Both the position numbers and the translations under genes were made by a program. Below, one piece after another: positions 32,143-42,074 of a DNA stretch of 64,000 nucleotides. The stretch lies in NCBI GenBank assembly GCA_021201815.1, contig JAJQEC010000083.1, forward strand, positions 5,177-69,176, written 5' to 3'. Numbering within the stretch: position 1 is the first letter of the stretch; the number at the start of each line of letters is the position of its first letter. The notes beneath the pieces are model-generated. The model was not told the origin of the DNA. It did not search any database and worked only from the letters and a program-made list of their open reading frames with translations. This stretch comes from Candidatus Azobacteroides sp. (GTDB taxonomy: Bacteria; Bacteroidota; Bacteroidia; Bacteroidales; WRGA01).

Positions 32143-32185
32143 GCTTTTACCGGTTCGGCAGGCTGGTTGTCGAACCGGTAAAAGC
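32143..32185 (-). terminator. 15-bp-stem hairpin between hisS and cstA
   Basis: gcttttaccggttcg ... cgaaccggtaaaagc, starting 5 nt after the hisS stop. There is no clear U-tract. Confidence 0.5.
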
Positions 32186-32189
32186 ATAC

Positions 32190-33548
32190 TTATCTCAGGA
32201 TTTTCAGTAATTCTTCCCTGCTCAGTAATTGCTGTTTTCCTGAACCCATGTGTTTAAGAGTAACTTTATTTTCTTTTATTTCATTCTCTCCGGCGATAAT
32301 TACATAAGGAATCTTTTTATTATCCGCATATCCCATTTGTTTCTTCATTTTTGCATTTTCCGGATATAATTCTGACGAGATTCCTTCCTTGCGGAGTTGT
32401 TGGATAATAGGAAGACAGTAATCTGTTTCATTTTCTCCGAAATTCACGAATAAAACTTTGGTGGATTCTGTCAGTTCTTTAGGATACAGGTCTAATTGAT
32501 TCAGGACATCAAAAATACGGTCCGCTCCAAAAGAAATTCCGACACCGGAAATATCCGGAAGTCCGAAAATACCTGTCAGGTTATCATATCTTCCTCCACC
32601 GGAAATACTTCCTATTTCTACATCCAGCGCTTTCACTTCAAAAATGGCTCCGGTATAATAGTTTAATCCGCGTGCCAGTGTAAGATCTACTTCCAGTTCC
32701 GAACATAGGGAGAGGGCGTCGGCTTTTTTCAGAATGAACTCAACTTCCTCAATTCCCTTCAGACCGGTTGGTGAATCTGCCAGTAAATTCCGTAACACAC
32801 TTATTTTCTCAAAGTTGCTCCCCTTCATTTGTAAAACAGGTTGCAATAAGGAAATTGCATTTTCAGAGATGCCTTTGGAAGAAAGTTCTTCATTTACTTT
32901 TTCAATCCCTATTTTATCCAGTTTATCAATGGCTACGGTAATATCCGTAATTTTTCCTGCTTCTCCGATCATTTCTGCAATACCGGATAGGATTTTCCGG
33001 TTATTCATTTTGATGCATACTCTTATTCCGAAACGGCTGTACACTTCATTAATGATTTGAATCAGCTCCACCTCATTCAGCAGAGAATCACTTCCTACCA
33101 TATCCGCATCACATTGGAAAAATTCCCTGTATCTTCCTTTCTGTGGTCGGTCGGCACGCCATACCGGTTGAATCTGGTATCGCTTGAAAGGAAAAGAAAT
33201 TTCATTCCGGTGTTGTACCACAAACCGGGCAAAAGGAACTGTCAGATCATAACGCAGTCCTTTTTCGGAAATTTTATTAGTTAGTTTTATTGAGGTATCC
33301 GATAGAAGTTCTTCCCGGGTTACTTTTGATAGAAAGTCTCCGGAATTCAGGATTTTAAATAATAACTTATCTCCTTCTTCCCCGTATTTACCAAGCAAGG
33401 TAGATAAGTTTTCCATTGCCGGTGTTTCAATTTGTTCGAATCCGTATAATTTAAATACATCGGATATGGTTCTAAAAATATAATTTCTTTTAGCCATTTC
33501 CAAGGGCAGGAAGTCCCGGGTACCTTTAGGAATTGTTGGTTTCTGCAT
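32190..33548 (-). CDS. hisS: Histidine-tRNA ligase
   Basis: 452 aa class II aa[28 protein letters not shown] and GGGRYD motifs. Confidence 0.95.
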   Translation of the reverse strand: MQKPTIPKGTRDFLPLEMAKRNYIFRTISDVFKLYGFEQIETPAMENLSTLLGKYGEEGDKLLFKILNSGDFLSKVTREELLSDTSIKLTNKISEKGLRYDLTVPFARFVVQHRNEISFPFKRYQIQPVWRADRPQKGRYREFFQCDADMVGSDSLLNEVELIQIINEVYSRFGIRVCIKMNNRKILSGIAEMIGEAGKITDITVAIDKLDKIGIEKVNEELSSKGISENAISLLQPVLQMKGSNFEKISVLRNLLADSPTGLKGIEEVEFILKKADALSLCSELEVDLTLARGLNYYTGAIFEVKALDVEIGSISGGGRYDNLTGIFGLPDISGVGISFGADRIFDVLNQLDLYPKELTESTKVLFVNFGENETDYCLPIIQQLRKEGISSELYPENAKMKKQMGYADNKKIPYVIIAGENEIKENKVTLKHMGSGKQQLLSREELLKILR

Positions 33549-33885
33549 ATTCTTTTATTTTTCCCTGCAAATATACATGATTCATTTGTTTTATGAATGA
33601 AGCCTTCCTGACTTTTTAAATTTCAGGATTTTCTGCTCTCTTTTCCCGGAAAACACCTGCTCATAGAAACTTCTGTAACTTCGGTTTTGCAGGAAAAATA
33701 TTTTTGGCATCCTTTCATTCGAGTGTCAGGAGGATTTCATGTATTTATTATGAAAACAGAAAGCAACTAAAAAGATATAAAATAGAGTCAGTGTAATTTA
33801 AAATAGAAAACTTTTTTTTGAAAAATAAATATGTATGTTTGTTCTCACTTTATATAAGGTCATAACAATTAAAAACATTAGAAAT

Positions 33886-34179
33886 ATGAAAGCTGTATTT
33901 ATTGCGTATAATCAGGCGCATGTAGACGATGTGCAAACAGCGCTGAAACGTAGCGGGATAAGAGGATTTACACGCTGGGAGGAAGTCCAGGGTGAAGAAA
34001 GCAGAGGAGGAGAGCCTCATCTGGGTACACATGCCTGGCCCGGGAAGAATATGTCCACGATGGTCATCATTGATGACATGAAAGTCGAAGAATTGCTATC
34101 CCGGTTAAAAGAGCTGGATAAAAGTGCGGAAATGATGGGTTTGCGTGCTTTTGTATGGAATATTGAGGAATGCATTTAA
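33886..34179 (+). CDS. Small P-II-like-fold protein (PG0541-family-like)
   Basis: 97 aa from the internal ATG (MKAVFIAYNQAHVDDVQTALKRSGIRGFTRWEEVQG...). The family assignment is from memory. Confidence 0.5.
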   Translation: MKAVFIAYNQAHVDDVQTALKRSGIRGFTRWEEVQGEESRGGEPHLGTHAWPGKNMSTMVIIDDMKVEELLSRLKELDKSAEMMGLRAFVWNIEECI

Positions 34180-34215
34180 ATCCTTTGTAAAATAAATATA
34201 CCATATATTAATATA

Positions 34216-34258
34216 ATGCCTGACAATAAATAATTTTATTATTGTCAGGCATTTTTTA
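34216..34258 (+). terminator. Intrinsic terminator
   Basis: atgcctgacaat ... attgtcaggcat stem followed by T6. Confidence 0.75.
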
Positions 34259-34364
34259 TTTTCAAATACAATATCAGAAAAGAAAAAATACTCATATTCA
34301 GCGTTTTTGTTCAACTTTTTTGATATCTTATTCTATAAAAAGAGTATTCAAACGAAAAATGATT

Positions 34365-34372
34365 TACTTTTG
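34365..34372 (+). promoter_or_regulatory. -7 box TACTTTTG upstream of gltX
   Basis: Matches TAnnTTTG, 28 nt upstream of the ATG at 34400. Confidence 0.5.
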
Positions 34373-34399
34373 CACAAATTTTAAACAAGTTGCTTGAAA

Positions 34400-35911
34400 A
34401 TGACAACAAATAAAATCAGGGTACGTTTTGCCCCCAGTCCTACAGGTCCCTTGCATATAGGAGGAGTAAGAACGGCTCTTTTTAATTACTTATTTGCTAA
34501 AAAACATAACGGAGATTTTATATTAAGAATCGAGGATACCGATTCCCAGCGTTTTGTACCGGGTGCGGAAGATTATATCGTAGAAACATTTAAATGGTTG
34601 AATATTCCTTTTGACGAAGGAGTTACCAATGGAGGAGAATATGGCCCTTACCGGCAATCCGAAAGAAAAGCTATTTATAAAGAATATATCGATATTCTGA
34701 TTAATAACGGAACGGCATATTATGCATTTGACAAACCGGAGGAACTGGAACAAAAGAGAAAAGAAATTCCTAACTTTCAATATGATGCTTCTACCAGAGG
34801 AAAGATGAAGAATTCCCTGACTCTTTCTCCGGAGGAAACAAAATCCCTGATCGAAGAAGGAAAATATGTGATACGTTTCAAGATCGAGCCGAACCAGGAA
34901 GTAAAAGTGCATGATCTGATAAGAGATGAAATCACCGTTAACTCTTCCGTACTGGATGATAAAGTGCTTTACAAATCTGCGGATAATCTTCCTACGTATC
35001 ACCTTGCTAATATTGTGGATGATCATTTAATGAAAATTACCCATGTCATCCGTGGGGAGGAATGGCTGCCTTCAGCTCCTTTGCATGTCCTTTTATACAA
35101 AGCTTTCGGTTGGGAAGACTCCATGCCTTATTTTGCCCATTTGCCTTTATTACTCAAACCGGAAGGAAACGGAAAATTAAGTAAAAGAGACGGAGACCGG
35201 TTGGGTTTTCCTGTATTTCCTCTTAACTGGAAGAATTCGGAAGGAGAAACATACACCGGATACCGGGAAGCCGGATATTTGCCTGAAGCTGTCGTTAATT
35301 TTCTGGCATTACTTGGATGGAATCCCGGCATTGAACAGGAACTTTTTACGATGGATGAACTGATTTCTCTCTTTTCTCTGGAACATTGCAGCAAAAGCGG
35401 GTCCAAATTCAATTATGAGAAAGGAAAATGGTTCAATCATCAATATATCCAGCAAAAAGATAATACAGAACTTTCCTTATTGTTTGCCCCGGTATTGAAA
35501 GAAAAAGGCATTGAGGTGTCTGAAAAAGTAGTGGAACGGGTAGTCGGATTAGTAAAAGAGCGGGTAAACCTGCTTCCTGAATTCTGGGAACAGAGTTCTT
35601 TTTTCTTTGTTGCTCCTGCTTCTTACGATGAAAAAACCGTGAAAAAACGCTGGAAAGAAGATTCCGGTAAACAATTAACAGAATTGGCAGAAGTTTTGTC
35701 CTCAATTGAAGATTTCTCTTCTTCCAATATTGAATCTATTGTAAAAGAATGGATCGATGAAAAAAAATACCATTTGGGGAATCTTATGAACGCTTTTCGG
35801 CTGGCGCTTGTAGGAGCTCCGAAAGGACCACATTTATTTGATATTGCTGATATTCTTGGAAAAGCCGAAACAATTAACCGTATTTATAATGCTGTGGAAA
35901 TTTTGTCCTAA
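34400..35911 (+). CDS. gltX: Glutamate-tRNA ligase
   Basis: HIGH-type [10 protein letters not shown] and KMSKS-type GKLSKRDG motifs. The ATG at 34400 is preferred over the TTG at 34394 used by the track. Confidence 0.95.
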   Translation: MTTNKIRVRFAPSPTGPLHIGGVRTALFNYLFAKKHNGDFILRIEDTDSQRFVPGAEDYIVETFKWLNIPFDEGVTNGGEYGPYRQSERKAIYKEYIDILINNGTAYYAFDKPEELEQKRKEIPNFQYDASTRGKMKNSLTLSPEETKSLIEEGKYVIRFKIEPNQEVKVHDLIRDEITVNSSVLDDKVLYKSADNLPTYHLANIVDDHLMKITHVIRGEEWLPSAPLHVLLYKAFGWEDSMPYFAHLPLLLKPEGNGKLSKRDGDRLGFPVFPLNWKNSEGETYTGYREAGYLPEAVVNFLALLGWNPGIEQELFTMDELISLFSLEHCSKSGSKFNYEKGKWFNHQYIQQKDNTELSLLFAPVLKEKGIEVSEKVVERVVGLVKERVNLLPEFWEQSSFFFVAPASYDEKTVKKRWKEDSGKQLTELAEVLSSIEDFSSSNIESIVKEWIDEKKYHLGNLMNAFRLALVGAPKGPHLFDIADILGKAETINRIYNAVEILS

Positions 35912-37155
35912 TGTTTTTTTCTTTCATGTATAATTTAGCGATGTATGTTTTTGCGGCAGTCATCCGGCTTGCTGCATTCTTTAATTCAAAAGCACGAAAA
36001 ATGATCGAAGGCCAGAAGCATACCTTCGATTTACTAAAAAAGAATATTGAGGCTGACAAGAAATATATATGGATACATGCTGCGTCTTTGGGAGAATTCG
36101 AACAAGGACGTCCTTTAATGGAAGAAATAAAAGCCCTGCATCCGGAATATAAAATCCTGCTTACTTTCTTTTCTCCTTCGGGGTATGAAGTCCGGAAAGA
36201 TTATCAGGGAGTAGATCTGGTCTGTTACCTTCCTTTCGATATCAATAAAAATGTCAGTAAGTTTTTATCTGCTGCAAATCCTGACATTGCTGTTTTTATA
36301 AAATATGAATTTTGGGTTAATTACCTCACCCAACTTCATAAAAAGAATATTCCTACCTATATCGTGTCAGCTATTTTCCGTCCGAAGCAGGTTTTCTTTA
36401 AATGGTACGGAGGTATTTTCCGGAAAGTACTTTCTTATTTCTCCGGTATTTTCGTACAGGATAAAACATCCTGTGAGCTTCTTTCTTCAATAGGCATTAA
36501 AGAAAATGTAGTTTTAAGTGGTGATACACGGTTTGACCGGGTTTGGTCTATCAGAGAGCAGGCAAAAGAATTACCGGTAGTTGAAGCTTTTGCAAATGAA
36601 AATTCCGGATATTGCATGCTGGTTGCAGGAAGTACGTGGCCGGAAGATGAGGAAATTCTTCTCCGCTATTTTAATTTCCATTCGAACATTAAACTGGTGA
36701 TTGCTCCTCATGTGGTGAATCAGGATCATCTTGAACATATTACTCAACAACTAAAACGCCCCTTTTTGTATTATTCTCAGGCAAATGAAAAGAATATAAA
36801 GGATGTCGATTGTATTATTGTCGATAGCTTTGGTATCCTTTCTTCTCTTTACCGGTATGGAAATATTGCTTACATCGGAGGTGGGTTCGGTTCCGGAATT
36901 CATAATGTGCTGGAAGCTGCCGTATATGGTATTCCAGTTATCTTCGGACCCAACTATAGAAAATTTAAAGAGGCAAAAGATATCTTACAAACAGGTGCAG
37001 GATTTTCTATTAAAGACGAAAATGGCTTTATCGGTTGCATGGAAAAATTATCGCAGGAGGAAACTTTCAGAATGGAGTCAGGAAGAAAAGCAGATAAATA
37101 TGTTTCCGGACATGTCGGGGCTACCCGGATTGTAATTGATCATATCCGTTTTTAA
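35911..37155 (+). CDS. waaA: 3-deoxy-D-manno-octulosonic acid (Kdo) transferase
   Basis: 414 aa. IWIHAASLGEFEQGRPL... is typical of WaaA/KdtA. The ATG overlaps the gltX stop by 1 nt. Confidence 0.88.
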   Translation: MFFSFMYNLAMYVFAAVIRLAAFFNSKARKMIEGQKHTFDLLKKNIEADKKYIWIHAASLGEFEQGRPLMEEIKALHPEYKILLTFFSPSGYEVRKDYQGVDLVCYLPFDINKNVSKFLSAANPDIAVFIKYEFWVNYLTQLHKKNIPTYIVSAIFRPKQVFFKWYGGIFRKVLSYFSGIFVQDKTSCELLSSIGIKENVVLSGDTRFDRVWSIREQAKELPVVEAFANENSGYCMLVAGSTWPEDEEILLRYFNFHSNIKLVIAPHVVNQDHLEHITQQLKRPFLYYSQANEKNIKDVDCIIVDSFGILSSLYRYGNIAYIGGGFGSGIHNVLEAAVYGIPVIFGPNYRKFKEAKDILQTGAGFSIKDENGFIGCMEKLSQEETFRMESGRKADKYVSGHVGATRIVIDHIRF

Positions 37156-37158
37156 CTC

Positions 37159-37716
37159 CTATTCCGGAAGCTGCAGCCTGTAAATTATTTTATTATTTTC
37201 CGTATCATAAATATGGGTAATCGGCTGGAAAGTACGAATCCCCTTTTCATCAAGATAATCTTCCAGATGGGGATATATTTTAATAATTCCTACGAGATTG
37301 GAAATAAAACCTTTAAGAGGAAATTCTGCAGTAAGATAACTACACTTTGGCAGGGCTTTTACTTTATATTTTTGTTGAAGAGCTACGAGTTGTATACTGT
37401 CGACATGATCCAGAAGGCATCCTCCTTCAAAGCGAAGATGGTTATGCCGGGAAACCCGTTGCGGATCGCCATAATATACGCCCACCTTTTTGGAAGGCTT
37501 TATTTGTTCATTTTCTACCAGTTGCTGATAAATCCTGTCCGTAACCTGTCCGGCCATTATATATTCACCATGCAACTCTTCATAAACCATTGTTTCTCCA
37601 CCTACCCGTAAAGTAGTAAACTCTATATTATGAAGTCCTCCATAATATATATACAGGGCCATGAAGGTTAATGTTAATATTAATATTAAAATTAACACTT
37701 TGTTTATGGCATTCAT
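37159..37716 (-). CDS. Membrane-anchored GyrI-like/SOUL-like small-molecule-binding domain protein
   Basis: 185 aa. N-terminal TM helix, and the remainder resembles the GyrI-like effector-binding fold. Weak call. Confidence 0.4.
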   Translation of the reverse strand: MNAINKVLILILILTLTFMALYIYYGGLHNIEFTTLRVGGETMVYEELHGEYIMAGQVTDRIYQQLVENEQIKPSKKVGVYYGDPQRVSRHNHLRFEGGCLLDHVDSIQLVALQQKYKVKALPKCSYLTAEFPLKGFISNLVGIIKIYPHLEDYLDEKGIRTFQPITHIYDTENNKIIYRLQLPE

Positions 37717-38068
37717 ACTTTAATATTTTATTTGAAATTGTCCTCAAAAATAATATTTTTATTCGTAATGAAATATTTTTTTTGAATTAATTGTGTTTTA
37801 TGAAAGAAAAATAATAATGATTTTATTAAATCTTTGAAATTATTTTAAAATTTAACAGCGTCTTTAAAGGGATTTCAAAAGGAGTGTTAATATTTGCAAA
37901 ATGCGTATAAATATTTTTTGAATTGTTTAAATAATTATGTTTTTACAACACTATTTCCTTAATTTTGTCCCTATATATACTCATTTTTTATATTTCCGGT
38001 TGCCAGAATTTGATAAATATCGGGAAAAATAAAGAGAAGAATTATAAAATCTACAAACGAAAATTGGA

Positions 38069-38806
38069 ATGAATAATACAAACACCCCGGGATATTTTTT
38101 GAAAAAAAAATATCTTTTTCTGGATCTTGATGGTACGGTAATTGATCCTGTGGTCGGAATTACAACATGTGTGGCTTATGCATTGAATTATTTCGGAATA
38201 CAGGTAAATGATTTGAATGAGCTGTCTCCTTTTATCGGGCCGCCCCTAGCAGATTCTTTTATGGATTATTACAACTTTTCAAAAGAAGAAGCGGAGATAG
38301 CAGTCAGGAAATACCATGAGCGGTTTTCGGAAAAAGGGGTATATGAAAATAAACTTTATGAAGGAATCTCTGCTTTTCTCAAGGCAGCCAACAATAAAGG
38401 ATATAAACTTTTTCTTGCTACTTCCAAACCGACTGTATTTGCAGAACAGATAATTAATTATTACCAGCTTTCGGGTGAGTTTGTTTTCATCGGAGGAAGC
38501 GGTATGGATGGCAGTCGTAAAACCAAAGCAGATGTAATCCGGCATGTATTGGAAAAGAATGCCATCTCGGATCTTTCGGAAGTAGTGATGATCGGAGATA
38601 GGAAACATGATATACTGGGAGCAAAAGAAACCGGTATCGATTCTATCGGAGTACTATATGGGTATGGGGACCTGGAAGAGCTGGAAAAAGCAGGCGCTGA
38701 CTATATTGTTGATTCCATCGGAGAATTAGCCCGGTTATTTTACCTCGAAGACTTTGGGTTATATAATTCCATGGAAAGAACAGAGATTTGTTCCAAAGAA
38801 ACATAA
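38069..38806 (+). CDS. HAD-superfamily hydrolase (phosphoglycolate phosphatase-like)
   Basis: 245 aa. Motif I LFLDLDGTVIDP, motif II LATSK, motif IV IGDRKHD. Confidence 0.8.
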   Translation: MNNTNTPGYFLKKKYLFLDLDGTVIDPVVGITTCVAYALNYFGIQVNDLNELSPFIGPPLADSFMDYYNFSKEEAEIAVRKYHERFSEKGVYENKLYEGISAFLKAANNKGYKLFLATSKPTVFAEQIINYYQLSGEFVFIGGSGMDGSRKTKADVIRHVLEKNAISDLSEVVMIGDRKHDILGAKETGIDSIGVLYGYGDLEELEKAGADYIVDSIGELARLFYLEDFGLYNSMERTEICSKET

Positions 38807-38883
38807 TTAAATCGCATGTAATAGTAGAAGTGTCTCATAAGATGAGCAATTCTCACTTTTATTTTTGTTCTTTTATAAACTAC

Positions 38884-38930
38884 AAGGACGCCATGTACAT
38901 AATTAATTTTTTTGTGTACATGGCGTCCTT
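38884..38930. terminator. Bidirectional hairpin between convergent genes
   Basis: aaggacgccatgtaca ... tgtacatggcgtcctt with a T-rich loop. Confidence 0.65.
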
Positions 38931-38980
38931 ATAATTTTTAAAGAATTAAATAGTGCATTTTCGCGTTCTCACAGTTTGCA

Positions 38981-41407
38981 TTATAACAGGTTTCCGATTT
39001 TAAAACCAAAGAATACCGTTCTCGGAGAGCTTGGTCCATATATATAAGAAGGGTCCCGGTCTATTCCTTTATCGAAATCTTTCTGGTAACTGTTAAAGAT
39101 ATTTTTTATTCCGGTAAACCACTGGACGGTAACCCCACCGCTAAGTTTCATATTATAATGGATTCTGGCACCTGCATCAAAGAACGTATCCGAACGCCTG
39201 AGTTCCCCATCTGAATCCGGCGCAAGCTCTGTTCCGAAATAAGGAACAAGCATCCTTCCTGTGTAGTTTCCGGTAGCTGTCAGGCAGAAATCCGGAAGAA
39301 AATCCCAGTCCAGGGTGAAAAAACCATACGTATTAGGCGTACGGAAAAACTTTTTCTCATCGAAGTTCTCATCTCCCTGCTTGTATCTGCTGGACTGAAT
39401 AGTCAGTCCTCCGTTAAATGCTAATGTGGGAAGAGGCATTACCTTAAGCTCTATATTTACTCCTTGTACACTAGCTCCTTCTTCTGCATTTACACGGGTA
39501 TAAATTACGGTTCCGTTTTCATCCGGTTCACCGATTTCATTTCGGAAAGGATTATGGAGTTTAGTATAAAAACCTTCTACCAATAAGCCGGCAAGTACAT
39601 TTCCGATGTTTCTGTTGATATCAAAAGATAACGTAAAACTGGAACTATTCTCCTGTTTAAGATCCGGTGCGTTTTTATGAATTACCTGACGGGAACCCGA
39701 TGTTTCAATATGCAGGTCTTCATCAAATATCTGAGGAGCCCTGTAACTCCTGGAGAAACCAAGCCGGGTTTGTGCCCACGGAGTAATGTCATACATAAAA
39801 CTGGCTCTCGGTACAAATACATTTCCGGATTTATTGCTTCCTTCTGTTTGCTTATCCTTAATGGAATAATGTTCCATCCGGGCACCGGCAAGTAATTTTA
39901 TTTTCCCTAATCTGATTTCATATTGAGCAAAAGCACCCGTTGTAAGTAAAGATTGATCGGAAACAATGGTGTTGTCAATATGAGGAACAGAATAGATAGA
40001 ATCCTGCGAACCGTTATAATTAGGTCCGATTTCTGCATGCTCATAATCCGGGTATCCTAATTTGAGATCTTTTAAATAGGAGCCGGTGTGCTCAACTCCT
40101 CCTACTAGGAATGAACGCTCAAAAACAAGTTTATACTGAGCCCCGATATTATATGTTTTATCTTTAGTGTTTCCGTAATCGCTTAACGATTTATTCGCTC
40201 CATAATAAGAATCCCTGTTTAAGTATTGTCCGGATGCAAAAACAGAGAGCAGGTCACTTTTACGCAGATACTGTTCGAAAGTCAGTGCTCCTGCTTTCAT
40301 ATCATGCTTTACTGCTTCCGCCACATCTCTTTCGTGTAACGGATAATCCTGCATGTTGCCTCCATCCCTTTGCTCCCTGATATTGAAAAAATCCAGGGCT
40401 ATCTTGTTCCGATAGGAGGGACGGTGAAAGATACGGGTACCGATTACGGTATTTTTCATCGGGGCAATTTCAGAAAAACCATCTCCATTGGCATCAAATA
40501 GTTGTCTTTCCCTTAAGTTCCCATAAACAGCAATCCCGGTGTTATAATCATCCGAGACCAGAGAGGCATTAAAGCTGGCTGTATAGTCATTTGCCGGTCC
40601 ATTGGAATTACTTACTCCCGTACCTACAAGAGAGTTGCTGATTCCAGCCTCGAAGGAATTACTACGAGGTTCTTTCAAAATAAGATTCACCGTTCCGGCA
40701 ATAGCATTGGAGCCATATAACACAGAACCCCCTCCTCTCACAACTTCAATACGTTCCAGCATATTGGCCGGAATGAACTCCAGCCCATAAACGCCCGCCA
40801 GTCCACTGAAAATAGGTCGGCTATTGATCAGTATTTGTGAGTAAGGTCCTTCCAGTCCGTTCATCCGGATCTGGGAAAAACCACAATTCTGGCAATCGTT
40901 TTCATACCGTAATCCGGTACAGAAATTCAACCCTTCCCCAAGTACCGTTGATTGGGTGCTTTGAAGCAACCGCATATTTAATGTATTAACAATGACAGAA
41001 GCTTCCGATCTTTTTTGTGAAGTCCGGCCTGCGGTAACGATAATTTCATCCAGTTTAAGAGCATCTTCTTCCAGTAAAAAGTTTATTTCCCGGGATTCTC
41101 CTTTTCTGAAAGTTACTTCCTGTTCTTACGGTTTATATCCTATCCCTTCCGCAACCAGAATAAAAGTTCCTTCCGGTAAATTTTTCAATACAAAATGCCC
41201 GGTAGCATCTGAGAGAACACCAATGGTAGAGTTTTTAACAGCTATATTAATAAACGGAAGATGCTCTTCTGTTTTTGCATCTAATACATGTCCGAAAATA
41301 TTTGCATCTGTCGGCTTGCCAAAAGGTTCGGAAGTTTCCGATTCTTCCCCCTTGATGAAGCCGCAAAAAGAAAAGATACAAAAAAGTGTACAGATGAGTT
41401 TATTCAT
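38981..41407 (-). pseudogene. TonB-dependent receptor interrupted by a single in-frame TAA
   Basis: ORFs 41126-41407 (signal peptide plus CarboxypepD_reg-like domain) and 38981-40975 (plug plus barrel) share one frame (2427 nt = 809 codons). The only break is TAA at 41126-41128 (...GIGYKP*EQEVTFRKG...). Confidence 0.8.
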
Positions 41408-41560
41408 TATGATAATGGTTTGTTAGTGAGAATAGATAATGGAAATAAAGACGATCATTGTCTTAGGATATACCGGATTTACCAAGCCATGGCTATGCTT
41501 GTGTTTTTCCGGGTTTTAGTGGGTATGGCAGGTTTATTCACCTGACTTCGGAAGAATATA

Positions 41561-41914
41561 TTATAAAGTCGGAGGAGGACGAAGAAATAAAATATATATT
41601 TTTGTGTCTGAAGGAATTCTTTTATAAACAGGAATAAGCAATGTGCTTATCTGCTTCCGAAAGAATGAAAAAGAATAAACAAACACTATTTGTGCCGTTA
41701 CCGGAACAGAAGAAAGAATATAAAGGAGTTCGATTTCTTTTTGGGTATGCGAATGTGTCGCTCCTTCTTCCGATGAGTGGTACGGATGAGAATGAATAAT
41801 TATTTTTCCTTCATGGAAATGAGTATGCGAAAAGAAAAGAATGGAATATAAATGAATAATAAAAATAGCCGCTAAAGCTATTTCTATCATTCTCATATAT
41901 TTTGTCTTCTCCAT
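41561..41914 (-). CDS. His-rich small membrane protein upstream of the TonB-dependent receptor
   Basis: 117 aa. TM helix, then HTHFHEGKIIIHSHPYHSSEEGATHSHTQ, then two more hydrophobic segments. Confidence 0.5.
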   Translation of the reverse strand: MEKTKYMRMIEIALAAIFIIHLYSILFFSHTHFHEGKIIIHSHPYHSSEEGATHSHTQKEIELLYILSSVPVTAQIVFVYSFSFFRKQISTLLIPVYKRIPSDTKIYILFLRPPPTL

Positions 41915-42074
41915 CCCCGTAATTTATTAGGGCTGCAAAAATACAAAATAATCCGCTATGGCACAGAGAGAATATGTTAATTTATAGTTACATATAAAGT
42001 CTCATTTTATGATAAAAGAGACTTTATAAGAGTAATAGCCGTAATTATGGCAGTATTTTATTAAGAATGGTATT

